From positions 1-54,029 of the forward strand of contig CALLYX010000364.1 in the NCBI GenBank assembly GCA_937858775.1: a stretch of 54,029 nt of DNA, in the 5' to 3' direction. The notes beneath the pieces are model-generated. The model was not told the origin of the DNA and searched no databases. It saw nothing but the letters and a program-made list of their open reading frames with translations. Position numbers and translations under genes: made by a program. This stretch comes from an uncultured bacterium (GTDB taxonomy: Bacteria > Auribacterota > Tritonobacteria > UBA1439). This document shows, one piece after another, positions 34,257-47,007 of this stretch. The first letter of the stretch is position 1, and each line of letters begins with the position of its first letter.

Positions 34257-35588
34257 ATGAAAATCGCGGCGGATCGAAGGATGCTTGATTTCCTGAAGCG
34301 CGGCATCTGGCGGATACGGCTGGAGGGCGCACCGCGCAGGCACTCCTTCCTGATACGCAATGCCCGCGTCGTCCTGCTCGCCCTCAGGGGATTCAACGAG
34401 GACAAATGCTCCCTCCGCGCCTCCGCCCTGACATTCTTCACCCTCCTCTCGATCGTCCCGATCCTCGCGCTGGCGTTCGGCGTGGCGAAGGGGTTCGGCC
34501 TCGACCAGACGCTCGAGAAGGAGGTGCTGTCGAAGGCCCCGATACAGGGCGAGGCGCTGAACAACCTCATCGCCTTCTCGCGCCGGCTGCTCGAGAACAC
34601 CCGCGGGGGCCTGGTCGCTGGGGCGGGGGTCTTGCTTCTGTTCTGGACGGTGATGAAGGTGCTGGGAAACATCGAGGGCTCGTTCAACGACATCTGGGGT
34701 GTCAAGCGCATGCGCGGCTGGGACCGCAGGTTCCCGGACTACCTCTCGGTGGTGCTGATCTGCCCGATCCTGCTGATCGTCGCGAGCGGCGTCACGGTCC
34801 TCGTCACCACGCAGGCGAAGCTGATCGCCGCGAGGATCGCCTTTCTGGGGCCGGTCACCCCCGTGATCCACATTCTCCTCCGCCTGCTCCCCTACACGAT
34901 CGTCTGGTTCATCTTCTCCTTTCTCTACATCTTCATCCCGAACACCAGGGTCAATATCGCCTCCGGCCTTCTCGGCGGGGTGGCCGCGGGCACGATCTAC
35001 CAAGCGGCGCAGTGGCTCTACGTGCATTTCCAGGTCGGCGTGGCGCAGTACAACGCCATCTACGGCACCTTCGCCGCGCTGCCCCTCTTCCTGGTCTGGC
35101 TCGAGACGAGCTGGACGATCATCCTCTTCGGCGCGGAGGTGTCTTTCGCGCACCAGAACGTGGACACGTACGAGTTCGAGCCCGACTGCCTCGAGGCGAG
35201 CCGCGCCCTGAAGCGGCTCGTGGCGCTGAGAGTGGCGAGCCTGGCGGCCAGGGACTTCTCCCTCGGAAGGAGGCCCCGCACCGCACAGGAGATCTCCGGG
35301 GAGACGGGGATCCCGATCAGGCTCGTCCAGGAGATCCTCTTCGAACTGGCCGAGAGCGGCGTCCTCGCGCCCGTCTCGGGGGAGGGACAGCGCGCGCCGG
35401 CGTACCAGCCGGCGGCGGACCTCGACCTGCTCACCGTCAAGTATGTCATGGACAAGCTGGAGGCCCGTGGGAAGGACACCGTGCCTATCCCGGAGACGAA
35501 GGAGATGGAGAGGATAGCGGAGAGCTTGCGGGGCCTCGGGAAGGCGATGGAGCAATCCCCCTCGAACGTGCGTCTGAGGGACATCTAG
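34257..35588 (+). CDS. YihY/BrkB-family inner-membrane protein with a C-terminal winged-helix-like extension
   Basis: 443 aa. DKCSLRASALTFFTLLSIVPILALAFG...YGTFAALPLFLVWLETSWTIILFGAEV matches the YihY family. An extra ~130-aa soluble tail is present. Confidence 0.8.
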   Translation: MKIAADRRMLDFLKRGIWRIRLEGAPRRHSFLIRNARVVLLALRGFNEDKCSLRASALTFFTLLSIVPILALAFGVAKGFGLDQTLEKEVLSKAPIQGEALNNLIAFSRRLLENTRGGLVAGAGVLLLFWTVMKVLGNIEGSFNDIWGVKRMRGWDRRFPDYLSVVLICPILLIVASGVTVLVTTQAKLIAARIAFLGPVTPVIHILLRLLPYTIVWFIFSFLYIFIPNTRVNIASGLLGGVAAGTIYQAAQWLYVHFQVGVAQYNAIYGTFAALPLFLVWLETSWTIILFGAEVSFAHQNVDTYEFEPDCLEASRALKRLVALRVASLAARDFSLGRRPRTAQEISGETGIPIRLVQEILFELAESGVLAPVSGEGQRAPAYQPAADLDLLTVKYVMDKLEARGKDTVPIPETKEMERIAESLRGLGKAMEQSPSNVRLRDI

Positions 35589-36483
35589 GGGATCTCCGGT
35601 TCGGCATCACCCCCGGGGAGATCGGGTCCTCCCCCTTTCCGCCGGTGATTCGTTCGAGTCCCTTCACGCGTGAAGGGGAAGGGCCGCGGGGGCGGCGCGG
35701 CGGAGACCGGGCAACAGCCGCTTCCGGCCCGACGGGCGCGGAAGTTCCCCGCGATGAGGCGCGGCCCCATAACCCGCTGCTCATCAGCGGAACAGAAGGC
35801 AACGATCATTCGGCGGATCCGATCGGGCGGGCCGCCAAGGAGTTCCGGCGCCCCCGCGGGCGCCATGGCCGACCATCCGCCGAACATGGACACGGCCGCG
35901 AGAAGGCCCCTTCATCGCGGCGCCACCTGCGAACGAACTATCGGCGAACGGGCGCCGCGCGCTCCCCTGGGAGATCGAACTCGTGCCGCGGAACCGTCAC
36001 CGGCGAAAATGACGCACAACGGTCGAACGACAGGGGGGAGGATGCCTTTTTACACGAACCCCCTGGCGCCGCCTTATCCTTCTTATTTCGGAGGAAGCGC
36101 GGAGCCCGATGTATAATGAGCCAAACCGGATCACGCCCCCGCCGGGATGGAATCCGATCGCCATGGTGGCCGCTGAATGGCAAAGGAGAAGGCGCCCCAC
36201 GACCGTATCGACATGCCATCGGAGAGGGCGCGGCTGCGCCCCATCCCCGGCCGATCGCCGGGCCCCGGATCGCAACTCCGCCGCCGGATCCCCCCGTACG
36301 ACGGATATCGGCCGCTGATCCGGCTCGCCGGCGACCGCCCGCAGGGGGGCGGGCGTGCGGCGGACGGGGATGGTGCGGGAGAGAGATCCGCTCGAAACGG
36401 AAGATGAAAGAACGGGCGCATCCGGGACGCCGTCGTGGCCGAGCCGGGGCGCGTGCCCGGTACGCTCGTCCAAGGAGGTCCGC

Positions 36484-37230
36484 ATGAAAGCCGTAGCGCT
36501 CAACTCCAGCCCCAAGATGCAGGCCGGGAACACCGCGCTCATCCTCGATCCTTTTCTCGAAGGGATGCGCGAGGCGGGGGCAGAGGTGGATCTTTTCTAC
36601 ACGCGCAGGCTCAAGGTCAATCCGTGTCTCGGCTGCCTGTACTGCTGGCTTCACGAGCCGGGTGTCTGCGGCCTGCGGGACGACATGGACATCCTTGAGC
36701 CGAAGCTGCGCGCCGCGGAGCTGCTCGTCCTCGCCACCCCCCTCTACATGGACGGAATGACGGGTTCTCTGAAAAATATCCTCGATCGCATGGCCACTCG
36801 CGCAGAGCCGCTCTTCGAGATGCGCGATGGGCGGTGCCGGCATCCCGTCCGCGCCTGGATCCGCACAAAGGCCATAGCGCTGGTGTCGAGCTGCGGCTTG
36901 TGGGAGATGGACAACTTCGATCCGCTCCTGAATCATCTCCGGGCGGTGTGCGAGAACTTCGGCGTCGCGTTCGCGGGGGCGCTGCTAAGGCCGCACGGCG
37001 AGGCGATGCGCCTGTTGCAAGAAGCGGGGGAGGTGCCCGGCGGCATCCTCGAGGCCGCCCGCGAGGCGGGAAGGCAGTTCGGCCGCGGGGAGACGATACG
37101 GCGGGAGGTGCAGGCCGCGGTGAGCCGCGAGCTGCTCCCCCGCGATCGGTATATCGAGGCGGTCAACCGGCATCTCCGGGAGCGCCTCGCCGCGGCGGGA
37201 TACCGTCCGCCCGGCAGCCCCGTCCACTGA
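36484..37230 (+). CDS. Flavodoxin-like fold NAD(P)H-dependent FMN reductase / iron-sulfur flavoprotein-like
   Basis: 248 aa with AAGGAGG upstream. The sequence MKAVALNSSPK...NPCLGCLYCW...LVLATPLYMDGMTGSLKNILDR is typical of this family. Confidence 0.7.
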   Translation: MKAVALNSSPKMQAGNTALILDPFLEGMREAGAEVDLFYTRRLKVNPCLGCLYCWLHEPGVCGLRDDMDILEPKLRAAELLVLATPLYMDGMTGSLKNILDRMATRAEPLFEMRDGRCRHPVRAWIRTKAIALVSSCGLWEMDNFDPLLNHLRAVCENFGVAFAGALLRPHGEAMRLLQEAGEVPGGILEAAREAGRQFGRGETIRREVQAAVSRELLPRDRYIEAVNRHLRERLAAAGYRPPGSPVH

Positions 37231-37270
37231 GTCGGCGGCTTCGGGCGGGCGGCGGGAAGGCCGGCGCGGT

Positions 37271-37483
37271 TCAGGCGCCGGGGTAGTAGCGGGTGTCGCG
37301 CCCCCGCTTGACGATCTCCTCGCATTCGGCGCAGTAGCCGCTCTCCCGGCGTCTGAAGAGGCGCCTGCGGCACTTGAGGCACTTCCGCACATAGACCTCT
37401 TCGACCACCAGGGCGACGATGGCCAGGAAGGCCGCCCCGATCACGATAGCGATGATCGCCAAGCCCCCGGGTCCGAGCCACAT
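37271..37483 (-). CDS. Small membrane-anchored zinc-ribbon protein
   Basis: 70 aa with GGGAGGAGG upstream. It has one TM helix (LAIIAIVIGAAFLAIVALVV) and then CLKC...CAEC. Confidence 0.55.
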   Translation of the reverse strand: MWLGPGGLAIIAIVIGAAFLAIVALVVEEVYVRKCLKCRRRLFRRRESGYCAECEEIVKRGRDTRYYPGA

Positions 37484-37523
37484 GACCGCCTCCTCCCGCC
37501 GGCCGTACTATACTCTCACCGCG

Positions 37524-38073
37524 TCAGATAGATGACAACGCTGAATTTGCGGGGGCGGAGTGGTGGTTGTACGGGAAGACCCGGAGATTCGGCCCCATGA
37601 CCGGCAGGCGCGCCACGTGACTGCTCTTGTCATGCGGCGAGCCGTGCCAGCTCCCCTCCCAGCTGAGCGTGATCATCCGCGGGTCCGCTTCCCCTGCGAA
37701 GTTCTCCTCGAAGCCGGAGTAGCGCCGCGCCCCACGGCGCCCTCCGGGATCGGCCGCGAAGACCACGCCGAGGGAGAGCGGTCTCTCGTTCGGGCCGTGC
37801 TGTTCGAACTAGACAAAGACATCGGCGTGGCGCCGGCCGTCCAGATCGAGATAGCCCCCAGGGCTGACGCCCGCGCCGGCGCCGATGGCGGCGCCGTCGC
37901 AGACGGTCACCGTCTTCGAGGCCCGCGCCGGGTTCGCGCAATGCCCCGTGAACCGGGCAGTGCAATTTCAGCATATCCGCCCGGCCCCCGTTTTACGCCC
38001 GATACAGGATTGGCGGCGCGTTCCAGGCGAATGCGCCGCCGAAGCCGGGGGGAATGATCTTCCGCCCGGGCAT
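37524..38073 (-). pseudogene. Disrupted gene of unknown function: one frameshift plus an in-frame TAG
   Basis: On the minus strand, ATG at 38073 opens MPGRKIIPPGFGGAFAWNAPPILYRA*. A second frame continues ...TVTVCDGAAIGAGAGVSPGGYLDLDGRRHADVFV*FEQHGPNERPLSLGVVFAADPGG...ITLSWEGSWHGSPHDK...VFPYNHH. The internal TAG is near 37810. Confidence 0.3.
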
Positions 38074-38320
38074 GATCCGCTCCCGATCCACGCAAGGCGT
38101 GATCCCGGGCCGGCTCGGGGCTTGAGTTCAGTGCGCGCGGAGCGCGGATTGGGCCTTCCGGGCGCGGATCCCCGCCTTTCGCATTCCGAGGAGGAGAATC
38201 TTCCCGTTCGGCTGGTGGGCAAGGAGCGGTAACGCCGCGTATTGGTCCCCACCGCGGGAAACGGGATCGACGCGACCGTTCCGGGCCGCCGCGCGCCTTG
38301 CCGCCGTCTCCCGGCGGCCG

Positions 38321-39217
38321 TCACCAGATCGTCCAGGCGATCTCGTCGCTCTCCCCCCGGAAAAGATCCATCCTGGAGATGGGCGCCACCCAGTAGCCGA
38401 CGCCGCCGACCGTCTTCCGCTCGACCCCGAACTCGACCCTGGCGAGGTCGTACCGCCTCGAATGCTCCTGGAGATCCCTGGCCTGCTGCTCCGTTATGAT
38501 GAACGTGACCCCCTGCGGCGTCAGCGCCGTCGAACTGCCCCCCCGATGCCTTCCGCCCTTCTGGAACTGGGGCGGGAGCAGCTCTATCGCGAAGAAGCCC
38601 TCGTGGCGCTGGAGCGTTCCGAGCTTGACCTTCGAGAAGAGCAGCCTCTGGCCCTGAAAGCGCGCCGGATCGCCCTCGATGTCCGGGAGGGCGGCCTGCG
38701 GCGGTGTAGCGGCCCGCGTCGGCGCCGCTTCCACGCCGGGAGCGGGACGCGGCCTGCTGAGGGCGCGGAAACGCTCCTCGCGCGTCGCAGTCGGCCGGGC
38801 CGCGGGCCTTGGGGCGGCGATGCTAACGGCCGGCCGCGCCTGGCCCGCGGCTTCCTCCGCCCCCACCACCTCGCCCTGGCCGAGGCCTGGGCAGCTCGAC
38901 GCGTTGCCGTAATAGTCGATCTCTTCGCGCGCGATCTCGAACTGCACCCCGTACGACTCCACGGTGACGCCCGCCGGCGATTCGCGGACAATGGTGCACG
39001 GCATCACCGATCCGTTCTTGAACTTCACGACGCTGCCTTCCGAGCCCTCCGGCGCGCTGGCCGGAGAGATGCTGGTCGGCGCGGCCCCCTTTGCGGGGCC
39101 GGCCGCGTCCCGGGCAGCAGTGGGAGGGGCGGAGGGAGCCGCCTCCTGGCCGGACGCGGCGGAAAGGGAACAGGAAACGAGAATGAACGCCGCGACCGCA
39201 GCCGCCTGGATCTTCAT
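38321..39217 (-). CDS. Hypothetical lipoprotein/exported protein
   Basis: 298 aa from MKIQAAAVAAFILVSCSLSAASG (lipobox-like LVSC). It has Ala/Pro-rich linkers, and I recognise no catalytic motif. Confidence 0.6.
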   Translation of the reverse strand: MKIQAAAVAAFILVSCSLSAASGQEAAPSAPPTAARDAAGPAKGAAPTSISPASAPEGSEGSVVKFKNGSVMPCTIVRESPAGVTVESYGVQFEIAREEIDYYGNASSCPGLGQGEVVGAEEAAGQARPAVSIAAPRPAARPTATREERFRALSRPRPAPGVEAAPTRAATPPQAALPDIEGDPARFQGQRLLFSKVKLGTLQRHEGFFAIELLPPQFQKGGRHRGGSSTALTPQGVTFIITEQQARDLQEHSRRYDLARVEFGVERKTVGGVGYWVAPISRMDLFRGESDEIAWTIW

Positions 39218-39429
39218 GATCCTTCGGGCCTCCCCCAGCGGATGCGCGAAAAAATGATCGGGTCCAAAACCCGGATCCCCCGGCCGCGACGCCGCCGGCG
39301 GACGGCCTGCGCGGCAAACCAGCCTACCACAATGGGCCGCGAAATCGGGCACCTTTTTACACTCACCGGCGCAGCGGCGGCGCCTCCCGCCGCTGTCCCC
39401 CGGCAAAACGGCCGCCTGGCGCCCCGGGC

Positions 39430-39732
39430 TCAAAACCATGGGCGGCGCTCCATGGGCCTCCCGTACTGATCGGATCCCACCCCTAGGCCGTAGGCGTCCG
39501 GCTTAACGCGGAGCGTGGGGTCCGGAAGTCTGGGGGCCCCCTCGACAGGATTCTTCGGGGCCCATTGATAAGGCCTTCCCGTCGCGTCGGAATCAATGCC
39601 CGGCCCGTACGCGTTCCTCCTCCCAGGGGAGAGCAGACCGTCTCCCGAAACGCCGAAGTCGTATTTGCCTTCCTCCTCAGCGAAGAGAAGCGGCGAGGCG
39701 AGGAGCAGAAATAATGCGAGGCACCTTCTCAT
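39430..39732 (-). CDS. Small secreted protein with two AYGxGxxSDxxGRP repeats
   Basis: 100 aa. The signal is MRRCLALFLLLASPLLFA. The repeats are NAYGPGIDSDATGRPYQW and DAYGLGVGSDQYGRPMERRPW. Confidence 0.55.
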   Translation of the reverse strand: MRRCLALFLLLASPLLFAEEEGKYDFGVSGDGLLSPGRRNAYGPGIDSDATGRPYQWAPKNPVEGAPRLPDPTLRVKPDAYGLGVGSDQYGRPMERRPWF

Positions 39733-40295
39733 GGCCGATCCACCCTCGGTTTTCGACCGCCGTTTGCGTTCCGCGCCCGCGGCAGATCCGCCGTCGCGCA
39801 GGCGCTCCCGTCCTGAAGAATGTGGAGCGCCTTCCAGCCGCGCCCTTCCATGTCCGCGCCCACGGCAAGCCTGTGGCATTTCAGCGGATCGCCCTCCGCG
39901 CAGAGGATCGCCGCGCCGCCCCTTTCGGCGATCTTCTCCAGCGCGTCCAGCCCGGCGCGGTATGCCGCCGTCCCCCTGTGCCTCTCGAATCCGCCCTCGA
40001 CGAAGCCGCCCAGGGAGCCGCCCAGGTATTCGTACCCGATCCGCTCCTTGGCGAGGGCCTCGCGCAGCGCCCCGCGGTTGAAGTCCGGGTTCCACCCGTA
40101 CGGCTTCGAGCGTATGTCGACGACGACGCGGACGCCGTTTCTCTTCAGCGCCTCCATTAAAAGCCGCAGCGGGCCGTTCCCGGTCCCGACGGTGTAAAGA
40201 ACGCCCCGTTTCGCCCCCGCCGCAGAAGGAGTCCCCGGCCCCGGGCCGGCCGCGGCCATTGCAGCCCCGACCGTGAAGACGCCCAGCGCGCGCAT
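39729..40295 (-). CDS. DUF488-family protein with an N-terminal hydrophobic extension
   Basis: VLYTVGTGNGPLRLLMEALKRNGVRVVVDIRSKPYGWNPDFNRGALREALAKERIGYEYLGGSLGG matches the DUF488 pattern. Its start overlaps the serS stop by 1 nt. Confidence 0.65.
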   Translation of the reverse strand: MRALGVFTVGAAMAAAGPGPGTPSAAGAKRGVLYTVGTGNGPLRLLMEALKRNGVRVVVDIRSKPYGWNPDFNRGALREALAKERIGYEYLGGSLGGFVEGGFERHRGTAAYRAGLDALEKIAERGGAAILCAEGDPLKCHRLAVGADMEGRGWKALHILQDGSACATADLPRARNANGGRKPRVDRP

Positions 40296-41581
40296 CAGCC
40301 GCCGCCCTTCCGCCCGATGACCTCCGCCCCGCCCATGTACGGGACGAGGGCGCCGGGAATGGACACCGTCCCGTCGGCGTTCTGATAATTCTCCACGATC
40401 GCTATGTATGTCCGCGCCAGGGCAACGCCGGATCCGTTCAGGGTGTGGGGGTAAAATGTCCCCTTCCCCTCCTTGAGTCGGCATCGTATCCCGGCCCGCC
40501 TCGCCTGGAAATCGCCGCAGGTGCTGACCGAGGCGACCTCGAGCCACTTCCCCGCCCCCCCCGCCCAGACCTCGATGTCGTACGTCTTCGCTGAGGCGAA
40601 GCTGATCTCGCCGGCGCAGAGCTCCAGGACCCGGTACGGCAGCCCCAGAGCCCGCAACACCTCCTCAGCGTGTCCAAGCATCTCGTCGAGCGCCAGGAAC
40701 GAATCCGCGGGCCGCGTGAATTTCACAAGCTCCACCTTGTCGAACTGGTGAACCCGAATAAGCCCGCGGGTATCCTTCCCGTACGAGCCCGCCTCCCGCC
40801 TGAAGCACGGCGAGTACGCCACGTAGCTGATCGGGAGCTCCCTCTCGTCTATAAGCCGGCCCCGGTGAATATTCACGAGGGGTACCTCCGCGGTCGGGAT
40901 TAGAAATAGATCGTCCTGTTCGCAGAGGTACATATCCCCTTCGAGCTTCGGTAGCTGCCCTGTTCCCAGCATGCACTCCCGCCTGACCATGTACGGGGGG
41001 GCCACCTCCGTGTAACCGTGTTTCTCCACATGCATATCAAGCATAAAGCCGTATAGCGCCCTCTCCAGGCGGGCGCCCATCCCCTTGAAGAGCGGGAAGT
41101 TGGAGCCGCTCAGGACGCTTCCCGACGCGAAATCGAGAATCCCCAATCTCTCTCCCAACTCCCAATGTTGCGACGGCTCGAAATCGAATCTGCGCGGCTC
41201 CCCGCAATGCTTGACTATCCTATTATTATCACTACATACCCCACTGGGGATCGATTCAGATGGTATATTTGGGATACGAAGCATTAAATCTTCTATATTT
41301 GAGTCTATCTCCGCCACTTTCATGTCAAGAACTTCTATCCGCCCCGACACCTCTTTCATCTCGTCGATGGCGGCGGACGCGTTTCCCCCGCAAGCCTTCG
41401 CCTTGCCGACCTCCCTGGAAACGGCGTTTTTACGGCTCTTGAGGCCTTCCGCCTCCGTAAGCAGTCGACGCCGCTGGGCGTCCATGCGGAGGAGCTCGTC
41501 GATGGCGCTCGTGTCGCCTCTGCGGGCGAGCGCGTCTTTGACCGCCGCGGGGTCTTTGCGGATATACTTTATGTCGAGCAT
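40295..41581 (-). CDS. serS: Seryl-tRNA synthetase
   Basis: 428 aa. It has the MLDIKYIRKDP start and coiled-coil arm, plus class II motifs (FRREAGSYGKDTRGLIRVHQFDKVE, GSGVALART). Confidence 0.95.
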   Translation of the reverse strand: MLDIKYIRKDPAAVKDALARRGDTSAIDELLRMDAQRRRLLTEAEGLKSRKNAVSREVGKAKACGGNASAAIDEMKEVSGRIEVLDMKVAEIDSNIEDLMLRIPNIPSESIPSGVCSDNNRIVKHCGEPRRFDFEPSQHWELGERLGILDFASGSVLSGSNFPLFKGMGARLERALYGFMLDMHVEKHGYTEVAPPYMVRRECMLGTGQLPKLEGDMYLCEQDDLFLIPTAEVPLVNIHRGRLIDERELPISYVAYSPCFRREAGSYGKDTRGLIRVHQFDKVELVKFTRPADSFLALDEMLGHAEEVLRALGLPYRVLELCAGEISFASAKTYDIEVWAGGAGKWLEVASVSTCGDFQARRAGIRCRLKEGKGTFYPHTLNGSGVALARTYIAIVENYQNADGTVSIPGALVPYMGGAEVIGRKGGG

Positions 41582-41658
41582 CGGACCGCACCTTTCATCA
41601 ACGCGCTATTCCCCTCTCTCGCACGGCCGGGGCCCTGACCGCCGCGGCCTCACCATCC

Positions 41659-44193
41659 CTAATCGCCCTGACCGCCGGGGCCCGCGTCCCCCGTCTCCTC
41701 CCCCGCGAGGCCTTCGGACGGGCCGCCCCCCGGGCCTTCCGGCGCGGGGCCGCGGCCTTCCCCGCCCCCCTCCTCGCGGATCACCCTCGCGAAAGAGGCG
41801 ACGCGGTCGCCTTCGTCCAGCTTCAGCACACGCACCCCTTGCGTCGCCCTTCCGATCACGGAGATCTCGTCGACGGCTGTACGGACCGTCTTCCCGTTCG
41901 CGGTCGTGAGGAGGATCTCGTCCCCGTCCCGCACCGCGATCGCCCCCACGATCCGGCCGTTCCGCTCGCCGGTGCGCATCGCTATGACGCCCTTGCCGCC
42001 GCGCGACTGCCGCCTGAACTCGGAGAAGTTCGTCCTCTTCCCGTATCCCTTCTCGGCGACCAAAAGAACGGTGGCGGCGTCGTCCACGATCACCATATCC
42101 ACCACCCGGTCGCTCTTCCCGAGCTTTATCCCGCGGACGCCGTAGGCCCCCCTCCCCATCTCGCGCACGTCATCCTCGGCGAAGCGTATCGACATCCCGT
42201 CGCCCGTCACCAGGAGCACCTCGTCTTGCCCATCGGTCAGTTTCGCGTGAGTGAGCCGGTCTCCATCCTCCACGCCTATGGCGATGATGCCGCCCTTCCT
42301 CGGGCGGCTGAAGGCGGCGAGGGCCGTCTTCTTGACCGTGCCCTTTTCAGTGGCCATGATGATGGAGCGCCCCTCCGCGAACTCCCGGACCCTGAGCAGC
42401 GCCGCCACCCTGTCCTCGCGCGGTATGCTCAACAGGTTCACGATCGACTTCCCCTTGGACTGCCGCGTCCCCTCCGGTATCTCGTACGCCTTCAGCCAGT
42501 GCAGGATCCCCTTCTCCGTAAAGAAGAGAAGATAGTCGTGAGCGGTCACACTGAAGAGGTGCTCGACGTAATCCTCCTCCTTCGTCTCGATCCCGGTGAC
42601 CCCCTTGCCGCCGCGCCGCTGCTGGCGGTACGCGGCGGCCGCCACCCGCTTCATGTAGCCGCCGTGCGTGATGGTTATCAGCGACGCCTCGTCCGCGATC
42701 AGGTCCTCGATCTTGAGATCCACCCCGGCGTCCACGATCTCGGTTCGGCGGCCGTCCCCCATAGAGCCGGAGAGGGCGTCGAGGTCGCCCTCGATCAGCT
42801 CGAGCACCTTCCGTTCGCTCTCCAGGATGGAACGCAGGCGGGCGATCCGCTTGACGAGCTCCACGTACTCCTTCTCGATCTTTTCCACCTCCAGGCCGGT
42901 AAGCTGGTAGAGGCGCAGGTCGAGGATCGCGTTCACCTGGACCTCGCTCAGCGGGAATTTCCTGAGCAGCCCCGCCTTCGCGTCGCCGCGGTCCTTTGAC
43001 TGCTTTATGATCCGGATGACCTCGTCGATTCCGGCGAGGGCTATCTTGAACCCCTCGAGGATGTGCGCGCGCGCCTCCGCCTGCGCAAGCTCGAACCTGG
43101 TGCGGCGGACGATCACCTCCTTCCGGTGGTCGATGAAACACTGGATGAGCTGGCGCACCGCCATCACCCGCGGCCGGCCCTTGTCGAGGGCGAGGAGGAT
43201 GATTCCGTACGTGCTCTGGAGGGTCGTGTGCTTGTAGAGCTGGTTGAGGACGATCTGGGCCTCCTCGCCCCGCTTCAGGTCGATGACGATCCGCATCCCG
43301 TCCTTGTCGGACTCGTCCCGGATGTCGCTCACCCCCTCGATCGTCTTCTCCTTGACGAGCCTGACGATGGACTCGATGAGGGAGGTCTTGTTGACCATGT
43401 ACGGGATCTCGCTGATGACGAGCGACTCCTTCCCCCCCTTGTGCGTCTCGGAGCCGACCCTTCCGCGGAGTTGGATGTGGCCCCTCCCGGTCGCGTAGGC
43501 GCGCGCGATCCCCTCCCGCCCGTAGATGATGCCGCCGGTGGGGAAGTCCGGGCCCGGGAGGACCTTCATGATATTCGCCGCGGAGGCGTCCGGGTCTCGG
43601 ATGACCAGCTTGACCGCCTCGGCGACCTCGCGCAGGTTGTGCGGCGGGATGTTCGTCGCCATCCCCACCGCGATCCCCTGCGAGCCGTTGCAGAGGAGGT
43701 TCGGAAACTTGCCCGGGAGGATGACCGGCTCCTGGAGGGTCTCGTCGTAGTTGGAGACGAAGTCCACGGTCCGCTTCTCGAGGTCCTCGAGCATGGCGGC
43801 GGCGGCGTGGCTCATGCGCGCCTCGGTGTAGCGCATGGCCGCCGCGGGGTCGCCGTCGATCGAGCCGAAGTTCCCCTGCCCCTGCACGAGCGTGTAGCGG
43901 ATGCTGAAATCCTGCGCCATGCGGACGAGCGTAGGATAGATGACCTGTTCGCCGTGGGGATGGTAGTTGCCCGAGGTGTCGCCGGCGATCTTGGCGCATT
44001 TGCGGTGCTTGGCGCCCGGGGAGAGGCCGAGATCGTTCATCGCCACGAGGATGCGGCGCTGGGACGGCTTGAGGCCGTCGCGGGCGTCCGGGAGCGCGCG
44101 GGAGATGATCACGCTCATCGCGTAGGAGGTATACGACTCCTTCATCTCGTCTTCTATGTCGCGCGGGAGTATCCTCCCGGTTTCCCCGATCAT
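41659..44193 (-). CDS. gyrA: DNA gyrase subunit A
   Basis: 844 aa. Motifs include YAMSVIISRALPDARDGLKPSQRRIL, the active-site region AAMRYTEARM and a GyrA-box-type C-terminal beta-pinwheel. A Gly/Pro/Glu-rich tail follows. Confidence 0.95.
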   Translation of the reverse strand: MIGETGRILPRDIEDEMKESYTSYAMSVIISRALPDARDGLKPSQRRILVAMNDLGLSPGAKHRKCAKIAGDTSGNYHPHGEQVIYPTLVRMAQDFSIRYTLVQGQGNFGSIDGDPAAAMRYTEARMSHAAAAMLEDLEKRTVDFVSNYDETLQEPVILPGKFPNLLCNGSQGIAVGMATNIPPHNLREVAEAVKLVIRDPDASAANIMKVLPGPDFPTGGIIYGREGIARAYATGRGHIQLRGRVGSETHKGGKESLVISEIPYMVNKTSLIESIVRLVKEKTIEGVSDIRDESDKDGMRIVIDLKRGEEAQIVLNQLYKHTTLQSTYGIILLALDKGRPRVMAVRQLIQCFIDHRKEVIVRRTRFELAQAEARAHILEGFKIALAGIDEVIRIIKQSKDRGDAKAGLLRKFPLSEVQVNAILDLRLYQLTGLEVEKIEKEYVELVKRIARLRSILESERKVLELIEGDLDALSGSMGDGRRTEIVDAGVDLKIEDLIADEASLITITHGGYMKRVAAAAYRQQRRGGKGVTGIETKEEDYVEHLFSVTAHDYLLFFTEKGILHWLKAYEIPEGTRQSKGKSIVNLLSIPREDRVAALLRVREFAEGRSIIMATEKGTVKKTALAAFSRPRKGGIIAIGVEDGDRLTHAKLTDGQDEVLLVTGDGMSIRFAEDDVREMGRGAYGVRGIKLGKSDRVVDMVIVDDAATVLLVAEKGYGKRTNFSEFRRQSRGGKGVIAMRTGERNGRIVGAIAVRDGDEILLTTANGKTVRTAVDEISVIGRATQGVRVLKLDEGDRVASFARVIREEGGGEGRGPAPEGPGGGPSEGLAGEETGDAGPGGQGD

Positions 44194-44258
44194 TACGGCT
44201 GCCTCGCTTTCCCAACGGCGCTGGCGGCTGGGCCGCCCCGCCGATCACGGCAGGGCCC

Positions 44259-46977
<2,719 letters not shown>

Positions 46978-47007
46978 GGGCGCCCCCGTCCCCCCCGCCC
47001 CAACACC

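Noticed and set aside
34406-36487. 693-aa ORF spanning yihY and the following gap
   Set aside because: It is an Arg/Gly/Pro-rich out-of-frame shadow of the YihY gene. It continues through GC-rich non-coding DNA and has no recognisable domain.
38462-39469. 335-aa plus-strand ORF opposite the lipoprotein gene
   Set aside because: It is an Arg-rich shadow frame. The minus-strand frame has a lipobox signal peptide and an RBS.
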